Source: Sphingomonadales bacterium (GTDB lineage Bacteria > Pseudomonadota > Alphaproteobacteria > Sphingomonadales > Sphingomonadaceae). Taken from it: a stretch of 64,000 bases of DNA. A model generated the notes under the pieces. The model was not told where the DNA came from. It searched no databases and was given only the letters and a program-made list of their open reading frames with translations. Position 1 is the first letter of the stretch; every line of letters starts with the position of its first letter. The stretch lies in the NCBI GenBank assembly GCA_006226685.1, contig SBGG01000076.1, positions 5,111-69,110 of the forward strand, written 5' to 3'. This document shows positions 1-9,355 of the stretch, piece by piece. The translations under genes were made by a program, and so were the position numbers.

Positions 1-2886
1 GATGCCGGGTTCGTTGGTCAGGTTGTTAGCATCGACATAGAGCTGGACATTCTCATTGATCGAATAGCGCAGCGATACGTCGAGACGCGCGACATTGGCC
101 CAATAAGCGTCTCCGACCACCGTGTTCGAGTTGATCGAGTCGAGATAGGCCTTCTGCCATTGATAGCTCACCCGCGCCGACAGCCCGTAATTTTCATAAT
201 AGGCCGAGAGATTGTAGATTAGCGGTGACGAGCCGGGCAGATCGGTGGTGCGACCGTCCGGGGCTGTGGCTTTCGAATCATTGATCGTCAGGTTGGCGCG
301 TACGCCGAAGCCTTCCATCCATTCCGGCATGCCCATGCTGCGGACCAGACCTTCGAGCGGCTGGACCAGCGCGAACTCGAAACCATAAATATGCCCGCCG
401 CCGCCATTGGCGATGGTTTCGTAGATATAGTCGGACCGGTCGATGCCGTCCGAATTCAGCACGTCGGAACCGAAGGCCGGAAGCTGGACATCATATAAAA
501 TGTCCTTCAGATCCTTGTAATAGGCGCCGAGCGAGAGGAAACCGCGCGAGGGCATGTACCATTCGAAATAGGCGTCGATCCCCTTGGCGCGTTCGGGCTT
601 GGCATCGGGATTGCCGCCCGAAACCATCTGTTCGTTGTCGTCATAGGAGAAGTTGGGGCGAAGCTGATCGTAATCAGGCCGCGCCGCGCCGGTATTGGCC
701 GAAAGGCGCAGCTTCATATTGGCGTTGATGTCCCAGTTGACATGGATGCTGGGATAGGCCGAGGTGAAGCTGTTGGACGCGGTGACCGGCATATAGCCCG
801 CATCGGTCGAGGCCAGCGCCGCCCCGGTGTTCGTTACCTTCTCGATACGCGCGCCATAGACGATATTGCCCCAGTCGAAATAGGTCGTCCCCATCAGGTA
901 ACCGGCGATGACCTCTTCGGTGACGCGATAATTATTCTTCTCGCTCGTGCCCGCCTGAACCTGGGTGGCTCCGGCTGCGGCATAGCTGTCGAACAGGGCC
1001 TCGCCGAGGTCGCTGGAGAAATATTTCCACCCATAGCCCATGGGCAGCTTACCCTTATAGGGCGTGTCGATCATGATATCGCCCTGCGTCGGATTGGTCA
1101 GGCCTGCCTCGGCCAGCGTATCCGGCGTGACTTCGAGCACGGTACGGTTCGACGTCTTCTTGCGGTGGTCATATTCGCCGCCGAAGCGCAGCACGGTGTT
1201 CGCGCCGAACAGGTCGATATTATGCTCGATGTCCAGCTTGCCGGTCCAGGCATTGGTCCGGTCGAGCTGGCGGTTACGCGTCATGCCCAGGAAATTGAGT
1301 TCGGTCGGCGAGATATAGGGGCGTTCGGCGCCCATGCTGTAGGTGCCGTCGTCGTTGCGGATCGTCTCATAGAGGCGAACCTTGGCAAGATCGGGATCGG
1401 TGAAGTCATAGACCAGCGTCGGGCGCTGGGTGAAATCCTTGGGGCTGCCCCAGGAGGACTGGAAGGGCGGCTTGCTGCGCGAATCGGCGCGGGTATAATT
1501 GGCCCGCCATGAAATCTTCCACGTTTCCAGATCATGCTCGCCGCCCAGCGTGTTGGTGAAAATGCTCTGGCGCGATGAGTTGGAGTTGAGCGTGCTCTCG
1601 ATCTCGGCGCCATAGAGCGTGCCCTGCATCGGCGTGTTGCCGGTGCGGATGTCGGCATAGCCGGTGGTGGTGCCGACGGTGCTGCTCGATGTTTTCTTCG
1701 CATCCTGATCGAGGTCGAAAACCCAGGCATTGCGCAGTTCGTCATCGCGGAACTGGGTGTAGATGGAGCTCAGGAAGACTTTGTTATCGCCATTGGGCTG
1801 CCATTCGAGGCGGCCGGAGACCGAGGTGTTGCTGCGGGTCAGGCGATAGAGCTTGTTCTGCGTCTTGGAGGCCCAGACGCGGTTTTCACCGCCTTCTTCC
1901 TGATCTTCCGGCGCGACTTCCCAGCTATTCTCGAAATTGTCGGTCACCATGTCGCGTTCATAGCGCGAGGCGCCGACGAGAATGCCGAGCGTGTCGTTGG
2001 CGAAGCGGGTGGAAAGGAAACCGCCTACATTATACTGCTTGCCCTGCCCCAGATCGTTGAAGCCGTAACCGGCGTCGAGCGAGCCTTTGAGACCGGGATA
2101 GTCGAACGGGCTGCGCGTGACGATGTTGACATTGCCGGCGACGGTTTCGCCCGGCATGTCCGGTGTCACCGCCTTGCGGATCACGGTCTGGCTGGCGATC
2201 GAGGACGGGATGGTGTCGAAGCGGGTTTCGCGTCCGCCCGGGCTGATGACGTTGACGCCGTCAAAGCCCAGCGTGGTCCAGGTGGAAGGCGCGCCGCGCA
2301 GGCTGAGATAGCGTTCCTGCCCCTGATCGCGGCCGACGCTGACGCCCGGCAGGCGGCTGATCGCGGCGGCGATATTCTGATCGGGATACCGTCCGGCGCT
2401 GTCCGCCGCAATCACGTCGACCAGCGAGGTCGAGGCGCGCTTGAGCTGGATTGCCGCTTCTTCCGACTCTGCGATCGGGCGGCTCCCCCGGACGACGATA
2501 TCGTTATCGCTGGCGGTCGCGACCGGAGCCATGCGGATGGTGACGTTCGCTGCGCTTCCGCCGGTAACCGATATCGGGGTCTGGCTGGTGGCATAGCCGA
2601 AATAGCTGGCGATGATCCGCTGGTTCCCCGCCGGCACGCGTTGCAGTGTGAAACGACCGTCCGAATCGGTGACGCTGACGACGTCGGAGCCTTCGACGCG
2701 GACTTCCGCCCCGGCAAGATAGGTGCCCGAAGGTGTGACGACGCGACCGGTTACCCGGCCTTCTTCCTGCGGCTGGCTCGATCCGGTCTGGGCCAGGGCG
2801 CCGCCGATGAAATTCGGGGCGATGAGCGCGGTCATCGCCGCTGTCAGGAGAAGTACCTTCTTTGATGAAATTCCACGATGGCGCAT
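1..2886 (-). CDS. TonB-dependent receptor with N-terminal carboxypeptidase-regulatory-like domain; the 3' end runs off the left edge of the window
   Basis: Own translation of the minus strand from ATG (2886..2884) gives MRHRGISSKKVLLLTAAMTALIAPNFIGGALAQ (signal peptide), then GRVVTPSGTYLAGAEVRVEGSDVVSVTDSDGRFTLQRVPAGNQRII (CarbopepD_reg-like), then the plug region LPGVSVGRDQGQERYLSLRGAPSTWTTLGFDGVNV. The frame stays open for 962 codons to position 1. It is missing from the ORF track because no stop codon lies inside the window. Confidence 0.9.
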   Translation of the reverse strand, partial: MRHRGISSKKVLLLTAAMTALIAPNFIGGALAQTGSSQPQEEGRVTGRVVTPSGTYLAGAEVRVEGSDVVSVTDSDGRFTLQRVPAGNQRIIASYFGYATSQTPISVTGGSAANVTIRMAPVATASDNDIVVRGSRPIAESEEAAIQLKRASTSLVDVIAADSAGRYPDQNIAAAISRLPGVSVGRDQGQERYLSLRGAPSTWTTLGFDGVNVISPGGRETRFDTIPSSIASQTVIRKAVTPDMPGETVAGNVNIVTRSPFDYPGLKGSLDAGYGFNDLGQGKQYNVGGFLSTRFANDTLGILVGASRYERDMVTDNFENSWEVAPEDQEEGGENRVWASKTQNKLYRLTRSNTSVSGRLEWQPNGDNKVFLSSIYTQFRDDELRNAWVFDLDQDAKKTSSSTVGTTTGYADIRTGNTPMQGTLYGAEIESTLNSNSSRQSIFTNTLGGEHDLETWKISWRANYTRADSRSKPPFQSSWGSPKDFTQRPTLVYDFTDPDLAKVRLYETIRNDDGTYSMGAERPYISPTELNFLGMTRNRQLDRTNAWTGKLDIEHNIDLFGANTVLRFGGEYDHRKKTSNRTVLEVTPDTLAEAGLTNPTQGDIMIDTPYKGKLPMGYGWKYFSSDLGEALFDSYAAAGATQVQAGTSEKNNYRVTEEVIAGYLMGTTYFDWGNIVYGARIEKVTNTGAALASTDAGYMPVTASNSFTSAYPSIHVNWDINANMKLRLSANTGAARPDYDQLRPNFSYDDNEQMVSGGNPDAKPERAKGIDAYFEWYMPSRGFLSLGAYYKDLKDILYDVQLPAFGSDVLNSDGIDRSDYIYETIANGGGGHIYGFEFALVQPLEGLVRSMGMPEWMEGFGVRANLTINDSKATAPDGRTTDLPGSSPLIYNLSAYYENYGLSARVSYQWQKAYLDSINSNTVVGDAYWANVARLDVSLRYSINENVQLYVDANNLTNEPGI

Positions 2887-2946
2887 GATAAAATACCCCC
2901 ATATCCCGAAATTATCTTTCGGAATTTGATGAACTGCCAAAGCTAA

Positions 2947-2966
2947 ATTGTAGAATTCGCTACAAT
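2947..2966. promoter_or_regulatory. Perfect 7-bp inverted repeat ATTGTAG-N6-CTACAAT, a candidate operator in the divergent TBDR / XRE-regulator intergenic region
   Basis: Read directly: attgtag aattcg ctacaat. It sits in an AT-rich stretch between the TBDR start (2886, minus) and the XRE-cupin gene (3298, plus). No binding data are available. Confidence 0.3.
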
Positions 2967-3297
2967 ATTATGCCCTGTTGGAATGTAATGTGAATATTAT
3001 TGTTAGAAACGATATATGTGACCATGGTATTAGATTTAACTCATGTCATTTCGTTCCGCGATGGCGGGTATATTTTGCTTTTTTCATTTTGATGACATGG
3101 ATCGAATATGAAGGAAAGTTAAGGTTGCACGGGGAAGGAAAAGCCATCGCCCGTTATCATCCTTCCCCCATGGATCTGCGCAGAGGGCATGTTACCGGAA
3201 GGATGGCAGGGAAGAGTGATGAGGCGGAATCGCATTTCTTGCCTAATGTCAGCCGCACCTGTAAACTCGGGCCATTCATCCTGGTAAATGCGATCTG

Positions 3298-3864
3298 ATG
3301 TTCGTAAAGCAAGACCCACCCGCTATTGGTCCGCGCCTCCATCAGTTGCGTAAGGAGCGAGGCCTGACGCTGGATGCCTTATCGGCGACTTCCGGCGTTT
3401 CACGGTCTATGCTGTCGCAGATCGAGCGTGCCGAAACCAATCCGACGCTGGCGACGGTCTGGTATCTGTCGCAAGCGCTGGGTGTTGATATGGCCGAGTT
3501 CGTCGGCGGGAAAAGGGTGGAACGGCGCGGCCGGATCGAACTGACCGCGGCCTCCTTTGTTCCGGAAATCCGCACGGAGGACGGCCAGTGCGTGATGCGG
3601 ATTCTGAGCCCGGCACATAGCGTCGGGAATACGGAATTTTATCATCTGACATTGGAGCCGGGAGCGGAACTCGTGTCGGATGCCCATGTCTATGGCAGCC
3701 TCGAGCATCTGACGGTTCTGACCGGGGAACTGACGGTCATCAGCGCAGAGACTGAGGCGATTGTGGGCACCGGCGCCATAGCGCGCTATTCCGTCGATGT
3801 GTGTCATGCTATTCGCAACCATTCGTCGAGCAGGGCGGAAGCGTTGATGGTCGTGATGGCCTGA
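3298..3864 (+). CDS. XRE-family HTH transcriptional regulator with C-terminal cupin domain
   Basis: 188-aa ORF. The N-terminus has an HTH_3-type motif (LRKERGLTLDALSATSGVSRSMLSQIERAETNPTLATVWYLSQALGV). The C-terminal half is cupin-like (EFYHLTLEPGAELVSDAHVYGSLEHLTVLTGELTV). Confidence 0.85.
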   Translation: MFVKQDPPAIGPRLHQLRKERGLTLDALSATSGVSRSMLSQIERAETNPTLATVWYLSQALGVDMAEFVGGKRVERRGRIELTAASFVPEIRTEDGQCVMRILSPAHSVGNTEFYHLTLEPGAELVSDAHVYGSLEHLTVLTGELTVISAETEAIVGTGAIARYSVDVCHAIRNHSSSRAEALMVVMA

Positions 3865-4026
3865 CCCACTTGCCGGGCGATGCCATCGGACGTTTCCGCT
3901 GGCTTGTTCCTTCGCTATTCCCTGCGGTGGGGCGGCCACGCGGCCGCAGGCTTTCCTCGCGGCAATGCCATTGTCATGCGACGGCGCCTCTGATTAACTG
4001 GAAATCCCGCATTTCCTCTCATCCCG

Positions 4027-5742
4027 GTGGCTCGGCACCCCATGGCACAATCGCGACAGGATATTCTGCTTCAGCAGGTGGTGGATCTCATAGGTCGGCA
4101 AAGGCCGGCAGAGGCGGCCCATATACTCGATGTCGTTATCGGCCCCGCCGGGCAGATGCTGGCCCCTGTCCGGTTTCTCCGCGGCATTGTCTACCTGATG
4201 CAGGGCGATGCCATGTCCGGGGAAAAGGCCCTGATCCGAGCACTCGAACTGCAGCCGGATTTTCAGGAAGCGGCGATCGAACTTATGCGCCTGTGCAATG
4301 CGACGGGCCGTTTTGTCGAGGCGATCGATCATAGTGCTTCGGCCGCTGCCGTGGCTCGTCCGGCAGAAGCCCTGCTGGCGGAGCGGGCGCGGGCATTTCA
4401 GGCAATGGGTCGGCAGGAAGACAGGGTGCGCGAAAGAGAGAGGATCGTTGCGATCCATTCCCGGAAACCGGCGGCCTATCATAATCTGGCCGCCGCGCTT
4501 GGCGATGCCGGTCGCGCCGCAGAAGCGGAGGCGGCGGCGCGGCAGGCGCTGGCGGTCGGAGGGACTGCACCGGAAACATGGCTTGTTCTTGCCCGGGCGT
4601 TACAGGGACAGAGCCGTCTTGACGAAGCCGATGAGGCCTTTGCGCAGGCGTTGCGGTTGCGCCCGGCCTATGTCGATGCACTGCGTGACCGGGCGCAACT
4701 GGCATGGATGCGGTCCGGCGATGTGGAATCGGCGCTGGCAATGGTTGGAGAAGCTGAAGCGGGTGCGGTCTCCGCGGACCTGGCCGCGCTGAAGGCCCAT
4801 ATTTGCGAAGCAACCGGTGATGCGGAGCGCGGCTATGCACTGTTGCGCGCTAGCGGAGGGGGGGACGATCCCCGGTATCAACCGATGGCGGCCCGACTCG
4901 CCCTGCATTTCGACCGCGCATCCGCGCTGAACCATGCGCTGCGCGCGGTGGTGTCGACACAGGGCTCGGCCGAGGCGCACCGTTTGCTGATCGACTGCTA
5001 TCTGGCCAATGGTCAGGTGGAGCGGGCGTTGCCGTTGATCGAAACGGAGCTTGTCCGCAACCCGATGGATCAGGGGTTGCTCGCCTCGCGCTGGACGGCC
5101 TGGCATATGCTGGGCGATGAACGCGCCGAGGCACTTTACGATTATGATGCTTTTGTCCGGGCTACGAAAATCGACGTTCCGCCCGGCTGGAACGACCTGG
5201 ATGCCTATCTGGCCGATCTGGGGGCGGCCTTGCGGACTCTGCATCGGTTCCGGGCTCATCCGCTGGATCAGTCTCTGCGATGGGGTAGCCAGACCAGTGC
5301 AGACCTGCTCCGGAGTGAGGACCCCGCGATCAAGGCGTTCCAGACGGCGATTGATGGGCCGATCCGGCGGTATATCGCGCATCTGGGGCGGGGGGGTGAT
5401 GTGCTGCGGTCCCGTAGCAGGGGCGGTTATGCGATATCCGGCATGTGGTCGGTCAAGCTGAAGTCCGGCGGTTTTCATCTTTCCCATGTGCATCCGATGG
5501 GCTGGCTGTCATCGGCTTGCTATATCGAACTGCCTGCCAGCCTTGATGCCGATGCACGGGAAGGCTGGCTCAAATTCGGGGAACCGGGAATTCCGATGGC
5601 TGCACCGATCGCCGCTGCGCGGCATGTGCGGCCGGAGCCGGGGCTGCTGGTGCTGTTTCCATCCTATATGTGGCATGGCACGGAAGCTTTTGCGGCGGGG
5701 GGGAGCCGTATGTCGATCGCCTTCGACATAGTGCCAGCCTGA
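4027..5742 (+). CDS. TPR-repeat protein with C-terminal putative 2OG-Fe(II) oxygenase domain (PF13759 / TIGR02466-like)
   Basis: 571-aa ORF (GTG at 4027; first ATG at 4042). The N-terminal two thirds are Ala/Leu-rich TPR-like repeats. The C-terminus carries FHLSHVHPMGWLSSACYIELP, LLVLFPSYMWHGTEAF and RMSIAFDIVP, as I recall for this putative oxygenase family. No signal peptide is evident. Confidence 0.75.
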   Translation: MARHPMAQSRQDILLQQVVDLIGRQRPAEAAHILDVVIGPAGQMLAPVRFLRGIVYLMQGDAMSGEKALIRALELQPDFQEAAIELMRLCNATGRFVEAIDHSASAAAVARPAEALLAERARAFQAMGRQEDRVRERERIVAIHSRKPAAYHNLAAALGDAGRAAEAEAAARQALAVGGTAPETWLVLARALQGQSRLDEADEAFAQALRLRPAYVDALRDRAQLAWMRSGDVESALAMVGEAEAGAVSADLAALKAHICEATGDAERGYALLRASGGGDDPRYQPMAARLALHFDRASALNHALRAVVSTQGSAEAHRLLIDCYLANGQVERALPLIETELVRNPMDQGLLASRWTAWHMLGDERAEALYDYDAFVRATKIDVPPGWNDLDAYLADLGAALRTLHRFRAHPLDQSLRWGSQTSADLLRSEDPAIKAFQTAIDGPIRRYIAHLGRGGDVLRSRSRGGYAISGMWSVKLKSGGFHLSHVHPMGWLSSACYIELPASLDADAREGWLKFGEPGIPMAAPIAAARHVRPEPGLLVLFPSYMWHGTEAFAAGGSRMSIAFDIVPA

Positions 5743-5876
5743 CGAATCGAATCATTTTGTGTCCGTTGATAGTTGCTAAAGTGGTAATATCTGTCGCGGA
5801 CTGAGGTGTTTGAGGCATGATTATGACCCTCACCCGGAGAGGGCTAAAATTTTTTTCCACCGGAATCCCACCAAAA

Positions 5877-5919
5877 CGGAAAAATTCCGCCATAGCGGAC
5901 CTCTAAACCGGAATTTCCG
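5877..5919. promoter_or_regulatory. Two CGGAA-N-TTCCG palindromes in the AT-rich leader upstream of a TBDR gene (candidate operators)
   Basis: CGGAAAAATTCCG lies at 5877-5889 and CGGAATTTCCG at 5909-5919. Related sequences are TTCCACCGGAA at 5855-5865 and GAAATTCC at 5929-5936. A TTGACT hexamer follows at 5921-5926. Confidence 0.3.
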
Positions 5920-6248
5920 CTTGACTTTGAAATTCCTTGTTACAAACTGATGAACAAGGGCTGAAGACGAGTAACGGAAAATATCCGTCCGGCTCTGGGG
6001 AAGTTAGTTAAAAATAAGCATCTGTTTTCATTCGTAATCTGTGGATTTCGAAAAAGCGTCTTATTGTCTTCGTTAAATATTGTTTCCAAAAACCTCTCTT
6101 TCTCAAGAAGGGGAATGCATAGTTCTTTGCAAGAAAGCAGTTGTATTTTGTTATGCATTGCTTTGTTGAATGGGATTCTGCGCAAAAATTAAATGAAGGA
6201 GGGGGTGTTCGGATTTGGTGAACCTCAAACAGGGGGAGTTCAACCAAC

Positions 6249-9200
6249 ATGAGCAGTCTCAATTCAACCAATATATCCGGTATCGGGAAACTCCGTCGCG
6301 GCTATTTGATGACGGCGGCGAGCGGATCACTATTATTGGCCCTCAGCCAGCCCGCCTATGCGCAAAGCGAGGAAGTGGCGCCTCAGGAGGCGGAAGAGAG
6401 CAATACGCCGGGCGAAATCGTCGTGACCGGATCCCTTATCTCCCGCCCGGATTATCAGGCGAACAGCCCGATCGTATCCATTGGTCAGGAGGCGATTTCC
6501 AATAGCGGCCAGATCACCGTGGAGCGTGCGCTTTCGCAGATGCCGCAATTTGCCGGTGGTCTGGGGCAGGGGAATACATCCACGACCAGTACGGGCCTTA
6601 CCGGCGGACAAGCCTATGCGACCCTGCGCGGTCTTGGCTCGAAGCGCACGCTGATCCTGCTGGATGGCAAGCGCATGCAGCCGTCTAACCCCGATGGTTC
6701 GGTTGACCTTAATACCGTGCCGGAGGCGATGATCGGGAATATCGAAGTCATCACCGGCGGTGCTTCGACTGTTTACGGCTCCGATGCTACCGCAGGCGTG
6801 GTCAATTTCAGGCTCGATCGTAATTTCTCGGGGTTGAAGATCAAGGCTTCGACCGGTCTCAGCACTTATGGAGACGGTGCAAATCAACGGATTACGATAA
6901 CCGGTGGCGGTTCGTTCGATGACGGGCGGGGACGGGCGCTGATTTCGCTCGATTATTCCAAGCGTGATCGCGCGAAGCGTCGGAAACGCCCATGGTATCC
7001 CGACCGCACGGCTCAGACGGGTAATGCGGCAAACCCATATGGTTCAGTAATCTTTACCGGCAATGAGCCGACGCTGGATGCCGTCAACACGATTTTCCAC
7101 GATCAATATGGATATGATGCATTCGTCGCCAGCAACGGCAGTACGCTGTACAGCGGTGGTGCGCAGATCGGGTTCAACAACGACGGCACGCTGTTCACCG
7201 CGAACAATGTTCCGGTCGTCAATTTCAAGGGCGTGGAAACCGATGACGCCTATTTCGTCAGTTCCGGTAATTCTATCTTCGGCCCTGCGCAGCAGTTCAA
7301 ATTCGGCTGGACCGGCGGTGACATCCAGTCCCAGATGGAACGCTATTCGGCAATGGGGCGGGTCGATTATGAGCTGACTGACGCGATTTCTTTCTATGGT
7401 CAGTTTACTTACACGACCTATAGCCAGAGCTCGATCGTCAACACCACGCTGTCGAACAATATCTATCTTCAGAGCATTCCCTATAACAGCTATTTCGTGC
7501 CCGACGATCTGGCCTATCTGCTGGCGTCCCGCGCAGATCCTACCGCCAATTTCAGCTATTATAAATCCTGGCAGGCGATCGGCAATCGTGGCCAGACCTA
7601 TGATTATGATGTCTGGCAGATGATGGCGGGGCTGACCGGCCCGGTCGGGATCGGCGACTGGACCTGGGATGCCTATGTCAGCAAGGGGCGTTCCAGCTTC
7701 AAGAATGGCCAGACCGGTGGCCTCAGTTCCAGCCGCATGCAGGCTCTGCTGGCCAGTCCGACAGGTGGGCTGGGCGATTGCACGGATTTCAACATCTTCG
7801 GAAATCTCCCGATATCCGATGCGTGCAAGACCTATGTGACGCGCGATACGCTCAACACGACCAGAATGAACCAGAATATCGTGTCGGGTACCTTGCAGGG
7901 CGGCCTGTTCGACCTCCCGGCAGGGCAGGTGCGGTTCGCCCTCGGTGCCGAATATCGCTCCAACTCGTTCGATTTCCGTTCGGACGATGCCTTCCGTCAG
8001 CCGGACGGCACGAGCGACATTATCGGCTTCTCGGTGCTGCGTTCGTCATCTGGCAAGGCGCACTCGAAGGAACTCTTCGCAGAATTGCTGGTTCCGGTCG
8101 TGAAGGACGTGCCGTTCATTCAGGAATTCAATCTGGACCTCGGCGCACGCTATTCCGATTACAACACGATCGGCAGTGCAAAGACCTACAAGGTGGATTT
8201 CGAATGGCAGGTGATCGATCAGATCCGGTTGCGCGGCGGGTATAACCGCGCCATCCGTGCACCCAGTGTCGGCGAACTGTATTCGCCGGTGTCAACGGGT
8301 AGCACCAGCGTTGGTCAGGCGTCCGCGACTTCGCTGCAGGGCGATCCGTGCGACTATCGCTCCTCTTATCGAGCGGGCGCGAATGCCGCCGAGGTCGAGG
8401 CACTCTGCCTTGCCCAGGGGATGGCCCCCAGCCTTTACCCGAGCTTCGTCGGCACGTCCCAGATTTTCCCGCTGACGGGCGGCAACCCCGATCTGACCGA
8501 GGAAGTCGCCGATACCTATTCGCTGGGTGCGGTGATTTCGTCTCCCTTCTCCAGTCCGGCGTTCAGCAATATGCGGATGACGGTCGACTGGTATAATATC
8601 AAGATCAAGGACGCGATCGGCGTGCTTGGTATTGGTACGGCGGTTCAGAATTGTTTCAATGCCGATGGCGCGTCCAACCCGGACTATTCGATCGACAATT
8701 ATTATTGCGATTTGTTGTATCGTAATTCGGACGGCACGCTTCAGGGTGAGCAGCCGTTGCTGAACCTCGGCACCTTCCAGGTTTCCGGTATCGACGTTCA
8801 GTTCGACTGGCGCATCGGTTTGCAGGATGTTGGCATCAATGTGCCGGGCAACCTGAATTTCCGTACCGTTGTCGGCTATCTGGACAAGTTCAAGGTGCAG
8901 ACGCTTCCAGGCGGGCCGACCTATAATTATACCGGAACCATTGGTTATTCGATTGAAACCAATGCCGGTATTGCCCACCCCAAATGGAAGGCGATGACGA
9001 CGTTCGGTTATTCGAACGATCATCTGGACCTGTCCTTGCGGTGGCAGTTCATCGACAAGATGCAATATTATACCGCCGCGACGGGCGGTTCAGGCGACAA
9101 CGGTACGTCAGCCTATCATCTGTTCGGTCTGAACGCCGGCTACAGCTTTGACGAGGGTGTGGATATGAACATCGGCGTCAACAATGTGTTCAACCGGGCG

Positions 9201-9296
9201 CCGCCAGCCTATTCGACGACTGTCGCAACCTATGACGCTTCGACGTTCGACGTGATGGGCCGCACATTCTTCCTGTCGATTTCCAAGAAGTTCTGA
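6249..9296 (+). CDS. TonB-dependent receptor
   Basis: 1015-aa ORF. The signal peptide ends LALSQPAYAQ. Plug motifs are GEIVVTGS, ATLRGLGSKRTLILLDGKRM and IEVITGGASTVYGSDATAGVVNF. The long beta-barrel ends in a terminal Phe (FFLSISKKF). Confidence 0.93.
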   Translation: MSSLNSTNISGIGKLRRGYLMTAASGSLLLALSQPAYAQSEEVAPQEAEESNTPGEIVVTGSLISRPDYQANSPIVSIGQEAISNSGQITVERALSQMPQFAGGLGQGNTSTTSTGLTGGQAYATLRGLGSKRTLILLDGKRMQPSNPDGSVDLNTVPEAMIGNIEVITGGASTVYGSDATAGVVNFRLDRNFSGLKIKASTGLSTYGDGANQRITITGGGSFDDGRGRALISLDYSKRDRAKRRKRPWYPDRTAQTGNAANPYGSVIFTGNEPTLDAVNTIFHDQYGYDAFVASNGSTLYSGGAQIGFNNDGTLFTANNVPVVNFKGVETDDAYFVSSGNSIFGPAQQFKFGWTGGDIQSQMERYSAMGRVDYELTDAISFYGQFTYTTYSQSSIVNTTLSNNIYLQSIPYNSYFVPDDLAYLLASRADPTANFSYYKSWQAIGNRGQTYDYDVWQMMAGLTGPVGIGDWTWDAYVSKGRSSFKNGQTGGLSSSRMQALLASPTGGLGDCTDFNIFGNLPISDACKTYVTRDTLNTTRMNQNIVSGTLQGGLFDLPAGQVRFALGAEYRSNSFDFRSDDAFRQPDGTSDIIGFSVLRSSSGKAHSKELFAELLVPVVKDVPFIQEFNLDLGARYSDYNTIGSAKTYKVDFEWQVIDQIRLRGGYNRAIRAPSVGELYSPVSTGSTSVGQASATSLQGDPCDYRSSYRAGANAAEVEALCLAQGMAPSLYPSFVGTSQIFPLTGGNPDLTEEVADTYSLGAVISSPFSSPAFSNMRMTVDWYNIKIKDAIGVLGIGTAVQNCFNADGASNPDYSIDNYYCDLLYRNSDGTLQGEQPLLNLGTFQVSGIDVQFDWRIGLQDVGINVPGNLNFRTVVGYLDKFKVQTLPGGPTYNYTGTIGYSIETNAGIAHPKWKAMTTFGYSNDHLDLSLRWQFIDKMQYYTAATGGSGDNGTSAYHLFGLNAGYSFDEGVDMNIGVNNVFNRAPPAYSTTVATYDASTFDVMGRTFFLSISKKF

Positions 9297-9355
9297 GTTC
9301 CGGGAGGGCGACCGGATTGTGCGGTCGCCTTCCCGAAGGGTTGATGGAGGCATTG

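Noticed and set aside
5930-6248. Possible riboswitch in the long TBDR leader
   Set aside because: I could not find the conserved cores of the riboswitch classes usually associated with TBDRs (cobalamin, TPP). I kept it only as a low-confidence structural curiosity in the findings, not as an ncRNA feature.
5940-6271. 81-aa and 87-aa minus-strand ORFs in the AT-rich leader upstream of the TBDR
   Set aside because: Neither has an RBS or recognisable motifs. AT-rich non-coding DNA in a GC-rich genome readily yields such ORFs with Lys/Asn/Phe/Ile-biased composition that is atypical of the surrounding genes. The same reasoning applies to 2978..3298 (+).
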